Positions 25,740 to 38,960 of a stretch of DNA of 64,000 nucleotides are shown here, piece after piece. The position numbers and the translations under genes are program-made. Source of the DNA: Octopus sinensis. Taxonomy: Eukaryota. The stretch spans positions 28,458,001 through 28,522,000 of the forward strand of contig NC_043009.1 of the NCBI RefSeq assembly GCF_006345805.1. Reading direction: 5' to 3'. The first letter of the stretch is position 1. The number at the start of each line of letters is the position of its first letter. Under the pieces are notes generated by a model. It did not search any database and had not been told where the DNA came from. It saw nothing but the letters and a program-made list of their open reading frames with translations.

Positions 25740-26352
25740 GGAAGAAGAAGAGGAAGAAGAAGAGGAAGAAGAAGAGGATGAAGGAGAAGAACAAGAACAA
25801 GAACAAGAACAAGACGAAGAAGAAGAAGAAGAAGAAGAAGAAAAATAAGAATAAGAACAAGAAGAAGAAGAAGAAGAAGAGTGAAGCAGCTTGGCACAGA
25901 TTGATCTTGGACCCTGGCACACATATTATGGTATTCTTGCTTATTTCCATTGTTTATAACAGTGATTGGAAGTAAAGTGTGTAGAGTGTGGTTGTCTCTA
26001 AAAAGAAGATTGGATCTCAGCTGCTCTGAATCTCTTGAGTTGAGGAAAATGAAAACTTTTTGAATCATCACAGGTGGTAAATTGTGAGTCTAATGGTTAT
26101 GGTCCTGAAATCATTCCTTGAAAGGAATAAGTTTTCGAGGTGTCAAAGAAATCCAAGAGAATGCAACAAGATAGCTGCATACTATCCCTAAAATGGGAGT
26201 CCCAGGAATGCTTCCATCAATGGAAATAACACAGGATATAGTGTGTGGCTTCAGAAGGAGACTTACTTCAAAGGAGATTAAATGCTGAATTATTAGGCAT
26301 TGTAGTTTTTGTTTTTATAGCACTAATCCTGATACTTTTTGATCAGATCTCA
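25468..26352 (+). mobile_element. Deleted mariner element with TIRs, containing a (GAA)n expansion
   Basis: Left TIR ta|tgagatctgatcaaaaagtatt and right TIR atactttttgatcagatctca. The internal relic reads LKGISFRGVKEIQENAT..LHTIPK...QECFHQWK...CVASEGD.FKGD (mariner C-terminus, degenerate). Confidence 0.75.
25497..25880. repeat. (GAA)n / (GAACAA)n microsatellite
   Basis: Seen directly in the sequence. Confidence 0.95.
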
Positions 26353-26903
26353 AATAATTCTGGGAAGTGTGGAAAAACCTACCTATCACTTCAGAGTTAC
26401 ATCGGCATCTCTTTCTAAATTAACAGCCATCAACTTTCGGTTACAAACACTGTTTAAAACCCTGGTACACAAGGATAAGTGGATGGCTGCAGATGAAAAA
26501 AAAGGTTTACCACATACTTGTTGAGACATATGAGTTGTATTTACTTTCTTCTGGTTACTTCAAAGTTATTGTGTTTTTACAAGCCTTGGTGCCCTTGAAA
26601 TCGTTTTCTATTTAAACCTGAAGGCATACTTAGAACAGTTCAGGAATCTCTAATCTAGAACATGACAAACATATACTTGAGAAATCTACTTGTTCTGCGA
26701 AATAATAATGCATAGACATACATACATATAAACATACACAAGCACACACACATACCTATTATATATATATATATACACACACATACATGCATATATATAT
26801 ATATACATATACACACAAATACACCCATACATACATACATACATACATACATACATACATACATACATACATACATACATACATACATGCATACATACAT
26901 ACA

Positions 26904-27100
26904 TATATATTCATATACATACAGTGTACATTTAAACACATGAGAGGTATCCGTCATAGGATTCCTGGCATGCTAGAAGGAATAGCCAAAATCCAAACCA
27001 CTAGGTTTGGACTTTAGGTGTTCCTTCTAGCATGCCAAGAATCCTATGATAGATAACTCTTATGTGCTTAAATATACACTGTATTTATATGAAATATATA
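26904..27100. repeat. Fold-back palindrome, arms about 96 bp, 4-nt loop (27000-27003)
   Basis: ...ggcatgctagaaggaatagccaaaatccaaacc ACTA ggtttggactttaggtgttccttctagcatgcc... Confidence 0.9.
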
Positions 27101-27489
27101 TAGTCTATTGCCTAATTCTACATGCTAGACCACTGGTAGTAAAAATTATTAAAATTTTTATTACCCTGATATTATTAATATATATATATTTGAAAGAATG
27201 AGTAGAGATAGCTTTTTTGAGGGGGATAATTTTAATTTTAATCTTAATAATGTTTAGACATGAGTTACTCTGATATAAGTTTCAAGCTTCAAGTAGCCAT
27301 TTTCAAACTGAAAAATGTATGTTTTACTGGTTGCTTAAATAGCTAAAGGTTTTCTTTTTACAAGTATACTTGTAGGAAAAGTTTTATGCAAATATTACGC
27401 AAAAATGAAAATAATACTGACATCTCATTTTAACAGATGTATTTACCAAAATTACATAAAAATATTTTGAAATAATAAAAAGTAAATTT

Positions 27490-27990
27490 TTTTAATAAAA
27501 TCGGCATTGGTTTCAATCACGGCTTCGAGATGACTTCACAATCTCCTGCATGTCTTCTGGATGGTCTCCTTGTTTAAGTTGGTCAATGCTGCCATATTCC
27601 TTGTCTTCACTTCATCTTTGATGTTACAAGGAGTTTTGTTGGTCACTTGCTCAACTGTACCCCACTCATAATCAAGGGGGATGCAGTCTGGGGAGTTAGA
27701 TGGTCAATGTTAGGGGTGATGTGGTCACAGAAATTGTCTGACAGTCACGACTGCCTTCTCCTGCTTGTGTGGCTTGGTTCAGAAACCTGCTGCCAGATAT
27801 AGGGTCTTCCAGTAGCCACCCTCTTGACCCAGGGCAGCACTACCTCCTGCAGGCACTTAATGTAGGCCTCCATGATAAGTCTGAGACCATGTGGGAAGAT
27901 AAATGGAAACATAATGTCGCTATCACTAGTGATCACTCCAAACATCATGATGTTGACTGGATGTTTGACTTGTATCACTCTTGGAACATG
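27490..27990 (-). mobile_element. Tc1/mariner superfamily transposase relic (catalytic-domain C-terminal half)
   Basis: KHPVNIMMFGVITSD...YIKCLQEVVLPWVKRVATGRPYIWQQ..PSHTSRRRQS.LSDNFCDHITPNI..SNSPDCIPLDY..., the WQQD..H and NSPDxNPLDY motifs; frameshifted. Confidence 0.85.
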
Positions 27991-28140
27991 TTTTGGGATA
28001 CAATAATATGTATCACATATATGTATATGTGATATATAATATATATATTATATATATATATATAAATATATAGATAGAATACATACGTATACACACACAC
28101 ACATATATGTCTGTCTGTCTATCTGTCTGTCTGTCTATCC

Positions 28141-28191
<51 letters not shown>

Positions 28192-28215
28192 ATCTATCTA
28201 TCTATCTATATCTAT

Positions 28216-28246
<31 letters not shown>

Positions 28247-28297
28247 GTATAATATATATATATAGATATATATATATATTTATATATATATATACAT

Positions 28298-28571
28298 ATA
28301 CTTTAAATAATATGGTTCAGCAAAGATTTGCTTTACCACATACTGAAGTTTAGAAATAGCAGTCAAAAAACCTAAGCTATTTCTTCTACTTTAAAAAGGG
28401 ACTCCCAGAAAAACCAAATACTTGAAACTTGCGTAGATTGTTTTCAAGTATTTTGGTTTTTCTGGGAGTCCCTTTTTAAAGTAGAAGAAATAGCTAAGTT
28501 TTTTTAACTGCTATTTCTAAACTTCGGTATGTGGTCAAGCAAATCTTTGCTGAACCCTAATTATAAAGTAT
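28298..28571. repeat. Fold-back palindrome, arms about 130 bp, with an unpaired tail to about 28670, embedded in (TA)n
   Basis: ggttcagcaaagatttgc...ctcccagaaaaaccaaatacttgaaa / tttcaagtattttggtttttctgggag...gcaaatctttgctgaacc. Confidence 0.9.
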
Positions 28572-28699
28572 TACTTAAGTTTACCATAAATGGTCTTTTT
28601 TCATGGCGAATTCTACTTAGTGAAACTATTGATTACTTCTTAATTAATTAATTTTACCCTTTGTTATTATATATATATATATATGCATACACACATGTG

Positions 28700-28863
28700 T
28701 ATCATCATCATCATCATCATCGTCGTTTAACGTCCGTTCTCCATGCTAGCATGGGTTGGACGGTTCGACCGGGGTTCTGGGAAGCCAGAAGGCTGCACCA
28801 GGCTCCAGTCTAATTTGGCAATGTTTCTACAGCTGGATGCCCTTCCTAACGCCAACCACTCCG
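28700..28863 (-). mobile_element. RTE-type 3' end with (GAT)n tail
   Basis: Homologous to 24690-24850 and 31249-31440. Confidence 0.8.
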
Positions 28864-29475
28864 TGTATATATATATATATATATATATATAAATTCATCT
28901 ATATCTATTTATCAGTCTATTTATATATACATGCACACACACACTCATGCATACATGTGAACATGTACACAATACATACACACTAACATATATTCATGCA
29001 TCATATTCTCAACAGAATGTGTAATTATTTTGCAACATCGCAAAAATTTAATGATCTCAGATGTTTAGTGTGAAATTATCCGACATCTTGAAGTCTTTTA
29101 CGATAACATGATGTATTACTAGCACAATGGGGAGAACTGAAGACCTGCAAAAAATTCATTATTCTAAATGCTGAATATAAGAACAAAGGAAATCCAATAT
29201 GCTGGCTTAAAAAATGGTTTAGTAAGATATAAGGTATTTCTATCATTGTTTTCAGATACACATGTATATATAGGTAAATACATGAATACATATACGTATA
29301 AATACATTTCTATATGTACACACACACAACATACAAACACACAGTGGCAAACACACATGCACACACACACACACACGTGCGTGTGTATCTAAAATGAATT
29401 TTGGTATCTTGATATATTTATGTGCATATGCCAGTATATGTAAATGAATGTATGAATGTGTGTATATTTACCTAT

Positions 29476-29513
<38 letters not shown>

Positions 29514-30487
29514 TCTTCATCATCATCATCACCATCACCATCATCATCATCACATCATCATCATCATTATCATATATATATATACATATGCATACACACA
29601 TATCTATCTATCTAACTATTACCTATATATGTGTATGTATATATGTATATATATATATATGTATATATATATAATATATATAATATATATATATATATAG
29701 ATATATAGATATATAATATAATGTGTATTATATATATATACATTTATATATTGATATATATATATGTTTACACACATATACAATACACATACATATATAT
29801 GTATACACACACATTTATATATATAGGAAGACACACATACTTAGGTATGCTGGATGTAATCAAAAATCAGATGAAACTCTTTTTTTTTCCAACCATGTCA
29901 TGTTTATGACAGCACTATAACTAATTAAAAAAACACAACACAACTAAACATGTGTACAAAAACTTTCAAACCATACATACTACATACATACATACATATA
30001 TATACATGAATATGTATGTATGTATGTACGTATATACGTAGGCAAGTTGAAGATATGTAAGTGCAGGAGACAAGCTACCTACATCTGGTGCCAATCAAAG
30101 AATAAAAGAAGAATGGTAACTAACCTGATTCCTAATGGCAAACATCCTTTCTATTGTGTCATATTCCATATTTTACATCTCAGGCCCCAATTCTCACAGC
30201 GCTGCTGCTCTTCAAGAACTTACACATTAATGTAATTATCTCGACATACAAGGCTGTGGCAATAACAATCTGACGCTCCATTGTGATAAACATCTATCGG
30301 CATAGGACTGGTTTCTAAGTATTTATGACATACACTGTGCGAGTGTGTGTGTGTGAGTGTGTGTGTATGTATGTATGTATGTATGTATGTTTGTATGCAT
30401 GTATGTATGTATGTATGTATGTATATATGTATCTACATGTCTGTATTATTTATGTCTAAATACACACATATATATATATGTATATAA

Positions 30488-30524
<37 letters not shown>

Positions 30525-30525
30525 T

Positions 30526-30570
<45 letters not shown>

Positions 30571-30591
30571 TATATAGACAGACAGACAGAC

Positions 30592-30631
<40 letters not shown>

Positions 30632-30687
30632 TGATAAAATTTACTTGGAAGAAGATGTATGCCATTCAATCATATAATACAAATGAA

Positions 30688-30727
<40 letters not shown>

Positions 30728-31015
30728 GCATATATGCATACGTATATGTACATACATCTATTTGTAAATTTATATACATATATGCATATGTGGGCACAGG
30801 ACATCATGAAAACTGTACAACAAAAAAGTACAAAGTATGAGTACATGGAACATGAACTATTCTTTTGAATAGAACGACCCTTCATCAGTTGTTGGCTGTT
30901 TTTCTAGTCTTGTATTTCGAGCATTTATATATCAATAATGATAATTAATAAGGATTATTATGAAGTAGCATTAGCAGTGCTTTTAATACCTTTTTATATA
31001 TACACAGCTTTGAAC

Positions 31016-31100
31016 AGACCTACACATGTTTCTAATGCATCGATTATTACTGTTGCAATTGCAACCCTACTGTAATTCTAATGCAGTTTCTTCAGAGTCT
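31016..31100 (-). ncRNA. Type-I hammerhead motif with extended stem II
   Basis: Minus strand: AGACT CTGAAGA aacTGCATT...GATGCAtta GAAAC ATGT GTA GGTCT. Core boxes are intact, the triplet is GUA, stem I is AGACT/GGTCT, and the base of stem II is imperfect. Confidence 0.7.
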
Positions 31101-31248
31101 TCACTTTAATATCCTTTGATTTAACTCTTTAGAGTTTTGTGTTTATCTACTCTGCATTGCACGATGTGGAGAAGTTCGTTAATGTTGACTGGATAATCTC
31201 TTACAACTAATTATTTCAAAACATTCTGTTGTTTGAATATATGTATAT

Positions 31249-31436
31249 ATCATCATCATCATCATCATCATTTAACGTCCGCTTTCCATGCTAGCATGGG
31301 TTGGACGGTTCAACTGGTGTCTGGGGAGCCCGAAGGCTGCACCAGGCCAGTCAGATCTGGCAGTGTTTCTACAGCTGGATGCCCTTCCTAACGCCAACCA
31401 CTCCGAGAGTGTAGTGGGTGATTTTATGTGCCACCG

Positions 31437-31440
<4 letters not shown>
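31249..31440 (-). mobile_element. RTE-type 3' end with (GAT)n tail
   Basis: Homology to other copies. Confidence 0.8.
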
Positions 31441-31471
<31 letters not shown>

Positions 31472-32025
31472 TCTTTTATTCTTTTACTTGGTTCAGTCAT
31501 TTGACTGTGGCCATGCTGGAGTATGGCCTTTAGTCGAACAAATCGACCCCAGGACGTATTCTTTGAAAGCCTAGTACTTATTCTATCAGTCTCTTTTGCC
31601 AAACTGCTAGGCTACGGGTGACATAATCACACCAACATTAGTTGTCAAACGACAGTGGAAGTACAAATATAGACACACAAGCATTATACATATATATATA
31701 TATATATATATATAAATTGTGCAAATGTCTTCTACTATAGCATCAGGCTGACCAAAGACTTGTGAGTGGATTTGGTAGACGGAAACTGAAAGAAGCTGGT
31801 CATATACATATATGTGTGTGTGTGTATTTGTGTGTCTGTGTTTGCTTCCCCACCATCACTGGACAACTGATGTTAGTGTGTTTACATCTCCATAACTTAG
31901 CAGTTTGGCAAAAGAGACTGATAGAATAAATACTAAGTATACAAAGAATAAGTCCTGGGGTCGATTTGTCCGACTAAAGACACTGCTCCAGCATGGCCTC
32001 ACTTAAATGACTGAAGCAAATAAAA
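31472..32025. mobile_element. Inverted pair of SINE family A copies (31472-31680 minus, about 31720-32025 plus)
   Basis: ttagtcgaacaaatcgaccccaggac (about 31530) is complementary to gtcctggggtcgatttgtccgactaa (about 31952). Confidence 0.8.
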
Positions 32026-32062
32026 AAATATGTATATATCTATCTATCTCTATATATCTATA

Positions 32063-32114
<52 letters not shown>

Positions 32115-32629
32115 CATGTGGAGGTGCAATTCCCAGACCGGGCGTTGTGTGTGTTTATTGAGCGAAAACACCTAAAAGCTCCACGAGGCTTCGGCAGGGG
32201 GTGGTGATCCCTGCTGTACTCTTTCACCATATATATATACAGATATATATTTCACCATATATATATATATACACAGTTATATATACACACACATATATAT
32301 ACATACATAACTAAATCTTTTATGTCTCTATTTTATAGCTTAGTTTAACTTTATATATATATATGAAAATATGTATTTATGCATATGTGTACGTATATAT
32401 ATGTGATATTATATCTATATCTTATATGTATATATATATATATATCTGTACATGTACATATATCTATATCCATATCTATGTATACTTGCAATATCTGTTT
32501 GTGTGCATGTATCTATCCAGCTATCTCTTACTATATATGTATATGTGTATATATATACACACATTATATTTTGTATGTATATATATTATATATATATATA
32601 TATATAATATATTATACATATATATAGTA

Positions 32630-32683
<54 letters not shown>

Positions 32684-33275
32684 ATATTATATATATATAT
32701 ATTTATATACATATATATTTATATACACATATATATATATATATCACATTCCAGAGTCTTTTAGATATTCTCAGTTTGAAATGAAGTAATCAAATAAAAA
32801 TTCTTCTGCTGTCCAAATATAATTCACAATTGGAATGAAACAGTCCAAAATACTCTTGTATAAATCATAAATAATATAACAAAAAGACAAATTCCTTTTT
32901 ATCAATATCAAGTGTTTTGTTCTGCAAGGGAAATTAACCATTTTTTGCAAGAATCATGCAGAATTTGCTATCTCTTTTGTTATATCCATAAAAAGCTGTA
33001 TCCTTGAGACTGTGTTTTTGTTATTTTGTTTTGTCTTTTTCTGCAAGACTTTCTGCTGTAATCAGCTTCCTGTGGCCATCCACAGCAAAACTTGTCTTTT
33101 AACAGAAGTGTTGGTTATTTATATATTTGATTGTGTCTGGGTTTCGGTCTGTGTCAAGTCAAGATGCATATGGGTATAGAATTGTGTGTGTATTCATATA
33201 TTTGTGTGTGTATATATATATAAATATATATACACATACATATTTGTATATATGGTATGTAAATAACGATATATG

Positions 33276-33307
<32 letters not shown>

Positions 33308-33328
33308 TGTATCTATCTATCTATCTAC

Positions 33329-33372
<44 letters not shown>

Positions 33373-33404
33373 ATATGTATATATATATATATTTATATAT
33401 ATAT

Positions 33405-33459
<55 letters not shown>

Positions 33460-36009
33460 TGTATATATATATATATTTATATATATATATATATAGATAG
33501 ATAGATAGATATAAATATAGATCGATAGATAGATTGATAGATATACATTCTCCTCTTTCTCTCATATGCAAACAGAATATACTTACACATCACTTATGTG
33601 TGTGTGTATGTCTGTGTGTATCTGTATCTGTGTGTATGTGTGTGTGTGTGTGCGTCTTTGTTTATACAATTTCACTCTTTCTCTTCCATACATACACACT
33701 CATTCTCATATATGTATATACATATATACATATATTCATATATATATATATATATACACACACATATGTATGCAAGATTCCAAAAAGTCATTTAAACAAA
33801 CACAAAAAAAAAGAAAAGAGAAGTTTACATGAGGCTGAAAAAATGCAAATGTTTGCATTGTTATTTACTGCCAAAGAGAACACTTAATATAACTCTGTGT
33901 GTATGTGTGTGTACACATACATCGTGTATTGCTATGTGTTTATATGTGCAAACACATGGGTGTCTGCATATACACCCACATATATATATATATATATCTG
34001 AGTTTCTATGTATCTTTGTGTTTACTCATATGCATGCTTATTTCCATACATGCATTTTTGCACACATACACACATCGATTTGCGTGTTTGCATAGATTTG
34101 CATGTATATACACGTTTACCTGTTTGTGCGTAGACAGATATATGTGCCTGTATGGTACTTATATTTACAAGCATATACGCATGTGTGTACATGAGGTTGT
34201 CTGCTTGCACATAGACAAGAGATCTTCTATGAATTTATGTGTGTGCACATGTGTATTTGAATGAGCTTACCTGTGTATATATTATATATATATCTGTGTG
34301 TGTGTGTGTGAGTTTGTATGTACACAAGTACATGAGCAAATTTTTAGTAAACAATTTGAGTGTTTAGTTTTATTCTTATATTTATTTGGAATCGGTATCA
34401 GAACTGTGAATATTTCTTGAAAACATGGCATGTTGTACAGTTGAAGATTCATCTACCACTAATATCATGGAATTTGCTGTCAAGCAACTCTCCAAAAGAC
34501 CCTTCTGACTAATGTAGGCTCTCATTAACAATATGCAAAAATCCTGCAAGAATATGCACCGATATTGGTAAGGAAATCTTACGGGATCTTTGTAATTCAC
34601 AATTTGTGTTAACATATTGATTTTGCACATTCCCCCTCTCACCATTTGGTGCTATATATAAGCTCCTGTGGGTGTTATTGTGTGTGTATGAGTGTTTGTG
34701 TGTGTGTCTGTTTGACCATATGTGTGAGGAATGGTAAATGTTGACACAACATTCTTTAATCTTAGATGTAATTAAGATCCTCAAAACTCGTCAGGTTTGT
34801 CGAAATACCTATTCTTTAAATGTCACCGCCAACAATGTTACTTTGCATTTGTCCAAGAGTGTACGGCACCAATATTTGATGATGCCAACAGATAACTAGG
34901 ATTACACAACAATTAGTATTCTCACTTAGAATAGCAGTCGTTTAAGCTGGTTTTAAATAGTAGAATTTGTCAGGCTATTAACATCATCTCTTGGAAAATG
35001 TTAAGTGTTGTCGAGACATGTTAATTTGAAGAAGTAAAGAATTTAGAATACTAATCTTAAGCAGCGATCTGTTTAGTATAATAGAAGGGAAAGTGTGAAC
35101 AGGAAAGAGTGAAAAAGAGTAAGAGGCAGAGAGTGACGGAGGTAGATAGAGAGCGAGGGAGAGAGATGGTGGTAGAGAGAGTGTGACAAAGACTAACGAA
35201 TGAATAAAGAAAGGTGCAACTATAAGTGTGATGGTGTGAACTTGAATACTCGGCACAATAAGTTAACTTCAGTAAACCTAATGACTTAAAAATGATTAGA
35301 AGATAAATATGTGATTTAAATACATTAGTTCTAAGACAGAATTTAGCATGGCACCTCAGAATGAATATTTATTTCATTTATATATTCAGTTAATGGTGCT
35401 AGCATGAGAATAGAACAAAGTGTAGAGTCGAGTGTTTCAATAACGTAGTTATGTTTGTTATTATAATCCAGGTGAAGACGAAAAGACGTATTCTCCAAAA
35501 ATGCTGACTCTGTTGAAATCTATTTTGCTATGGAAAATTTCGCTGAACAATTTAAACACTTATGTTGTACAATTGTAACTTTAAAAATGTGGGAAATACT
35601 GCATGGGTAGTTGGTAGCTTTTATGGGGGAAGGTGAAGTGGTTTCTGTTTGCTTTGTGTTCACAAAGAATTTAATCAAGACACTTGTAATGAGATAATTT
35701 GCTAACATCTACCTTTAATTATTGCTTTGATAAGGAAATTTGCACACACGAAACTCTTATGGTTGTAGTCCTTCACATTGTATCTTCCTACACACTGTCA
35801 CACTTCTACATAACATTTGATACTTTAAACATGCCGATCTTATCATCCTCTATACCAAAGAACTTGATGCTTTATCTTGGCCTTAGAAATATAGGTTCAA
35901 ATCTATTTCATTGTCAGATAAACTTGTCTGCTTTTGTTTTTTTTTCCATTTATTTTAATCTTTATTTTTCACCAACACTTTTAACAAATCAGTCAATAAT
36001 AGATTCTCC

Positions 36010-36172
36010 TTCATCTGTCTTATGTTCTGAGTTCAAATTCTGTCGAGGTCGACTTTGCCTTTCATCCTTCCAGGGTCAATAAATTAAGTACCAATCGTAT
36101 ACTGGGATTGATCTAATCGACTTCCTTCATCGCCACAAAAATTTCAGGCCTTGTGCTAAGAGCAGAAAAGAA
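36010..36172 (+). mobile_element. SINE family B, 5'-truncated
   Basis: ttctgagttcaaattctgtcgaggtcgactttgcctttcatccttccagggtcaataaattaagtacca. Confidence 0.8.
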
Positions 36173-36479
36173 TATGTTTCATGTTAAGTCAAATAACACT
36201 GGACTAAATGGAAAATAAATGAAGAAATCTGAAAAAATAATGAAAAAATGATAAATATATATATATATTCATATGTATATATTTAAAATGTAACTATAGG
36301 TGGACTATTGATGATATTTTTCCTTCATCCTTTTCTCTTAGCTTTGCTCAAAACGTAAAACACCCTTTCTTTCTTTCTCTGAGTATCTTTTAATACATTG
36401 GTTGTACCATATCCTTGCTTTGTTGCTTTTTTCTACTTGTGTTTTTACTTCTTATTTTTTTTGGGGGGGGGATTAATTA

Positions 36480-36579
<100 letters not shown>

Positions 36580-38204
36580 CATATGTATGTATGTATGTAT
36601 ATATATAACTTACTTGGAAATGGATGAATGGCATTCATCAAATAATATATATATATAAAAAAAAATATATATATATATACATATATATAGGCATATTTGG
36701 TGCAGGACATCACACTCAGTAAGCAACAGGAAATACAAAAACAAATGAGTTCAATAGGCAAACAACAAGTGAAGCAAATAGAAAAGAAGACAAGTAACAT
36801 AAAGAACGACCCTTCGTCTGTTGTCGACTGTCTATCTACTCCTTATTTCGAGCATTGAACGACAATATGTGTCTTTGAAGACAGTTGCTCCCATAAGTAC
36901 CAAAATAAAATTTGGGATTTATGGAGTGTCAAAGTTGGGAACAAAAACAGGACAGTGGAGTCATACATACATATATATATGTGTGTCTATATATATACAT
37001 ACATATATACATATACGTATGTGTTTGTGTATAGATATATATAATATATATGTGGATATATACATTATATGTATATGTGTGTATGTGTGTGTGTTGTTGT
37101 TGGTGTTGGTGTTGGTGGTGGCAGTGGTGATGATGATAATGATGATGATGATGACAATGATAATGTTGAAGATTATATATTTATTCAAGCATTTAAAGCC
37201 CAAGAAATGTTGATAAAGCAGAATACACAGTTCTTGGATGCTCTTACCCCCTACATTATCGTTTTTTTATCCTCTGTTTTTTTTTTTTAATTTATCTTTA
37301 CTTTTGTTTGTTCATTTGTTGGCATGTGCATGTTTTTATTTTATCTATTTCTGTTTTTTTTTTGTTTTAATTTTTGTTGTTATTTCTTCAGTAACGGAAC
37401 CCAAAGGAAAGAAAGAAAAGAAAGAAGGAAGGAAACAAACAAAAGAAACAATCTGAAACTAATAAACGAGTAGGAAAATTGTTTTCCCTAAGACTCAGAA
37501 GCAAATTGTGAGGAATTCACCAGTGTTTACATATCCATCTGTTAGATTCATCAGTCTTGTTGCTCTCAGCAACCACAGAGGGACCAACACCATTAGAAAT
37601 GTTTGATGCAACCATTCTTCACTTAGCTGCTAGGGATCAAAACTACAAGACATTGCTGATTATCAGAACACCCATGTTTTGATCCATCTCATGAGTTTGT
37701 CCATAATTATGATGGAAGCAAGCCACTGGGAAAATCTTTCGACTCTTTTGTTCTCAAGCTTTAATTCAAATGGAACAAATTATGGAGTGTAACAAAAGCC
37801 ACGTATTTTCACACAAAAAGTTATTCAAATTGGTTCAATGAATAATAATTAAGACACATTTATTTGTTTATGTATTTTATTCATTTTATTTTATTTTATT
37901 TTATTTTATTTATTATTTTGTTTTCTTTTTTTCCTTAGGTGCCAAGATCTGCTTTGTCAATGTTGGTCATATTTTAGAATTGACAAATACTTGTTCTATG
38001 TGAAATGATAAGTTGTCACTTAATTTCCATTCAAACTTTTTCTGTTCCATCATTAAATGCGGTTGGCATTATAATGAAACACCCACTTTGCCATGAATTT
38101 ATGAGGCCCAGGGGGATCGGAACGGCTTTTGTATATTCATCAACTGTATTACAATGGTGATGTGTGTGGAAAGCTTCGAGAAAATGTTTTTCAGATGATC
38201 AACG

Positions 38205-38669
38205 TCATCATCCGCATTGCCATCATCATCATCATCATCATCATCATCACTATCACCATCACCATCATCGTTATCGTCGTTGCTGTCGCTGTCATCATTG
38301 TTGTTGTTGTTGTTGCTGTTTTCATCGTCGTTGTCGTCATCATCAATGTTGTCTCTGACACCATTATCATCATCATTGTCATAATCGTCGCTATTCTTGT
38401 GGTCATTCTCCCCACCACCACCACCATCACATCCACTAGTACTACCACAACCATCATCATTATCATTATCATCATCATTGTCATTGTTGCTGCTATTGTC
38501 ATTGTCATCGTTGTCATCATCATGATCATGATCATCGTCATCATCATTGTCTTCATTGTCAACAGTATCCCTGTCACCGCCATCATAACCATTATAACCC
38601 TCATTATCATCATCCTCATCATCATCATCATCATCACCATCACCATCATCATCATCATCATCGACATCG

Positions 38670-38702
<33 letters not shown>

Positions 38703-38813
38703 CCATCATCATCACCATCATTATCACCATCACCACCACCACCACCACCACTACCACCACCACCATCATCCTCTACCACCACCACCACCATCACCACCAC
38801 CACCACCACCACC

Positions 38814-38847
<34 letters not shown>

Positions 38848-38960
38848 TCATCACCATCACCACCACAATCATCGTCATCATCATCATTGTCGTCGTTGTC
38901 ATCATCGTCATCATTATTATCATCATCACCATCGTCGTCATCGTCATCATCAGCATCAGA
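38205..38960. repeat. Long degenerate (ATC)/(GTC)/(ACC) trinucleotide field
   Basis: Seen directly; source of the spurious 304-aa and 332-aa ORFs. Confidence 0.95.
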
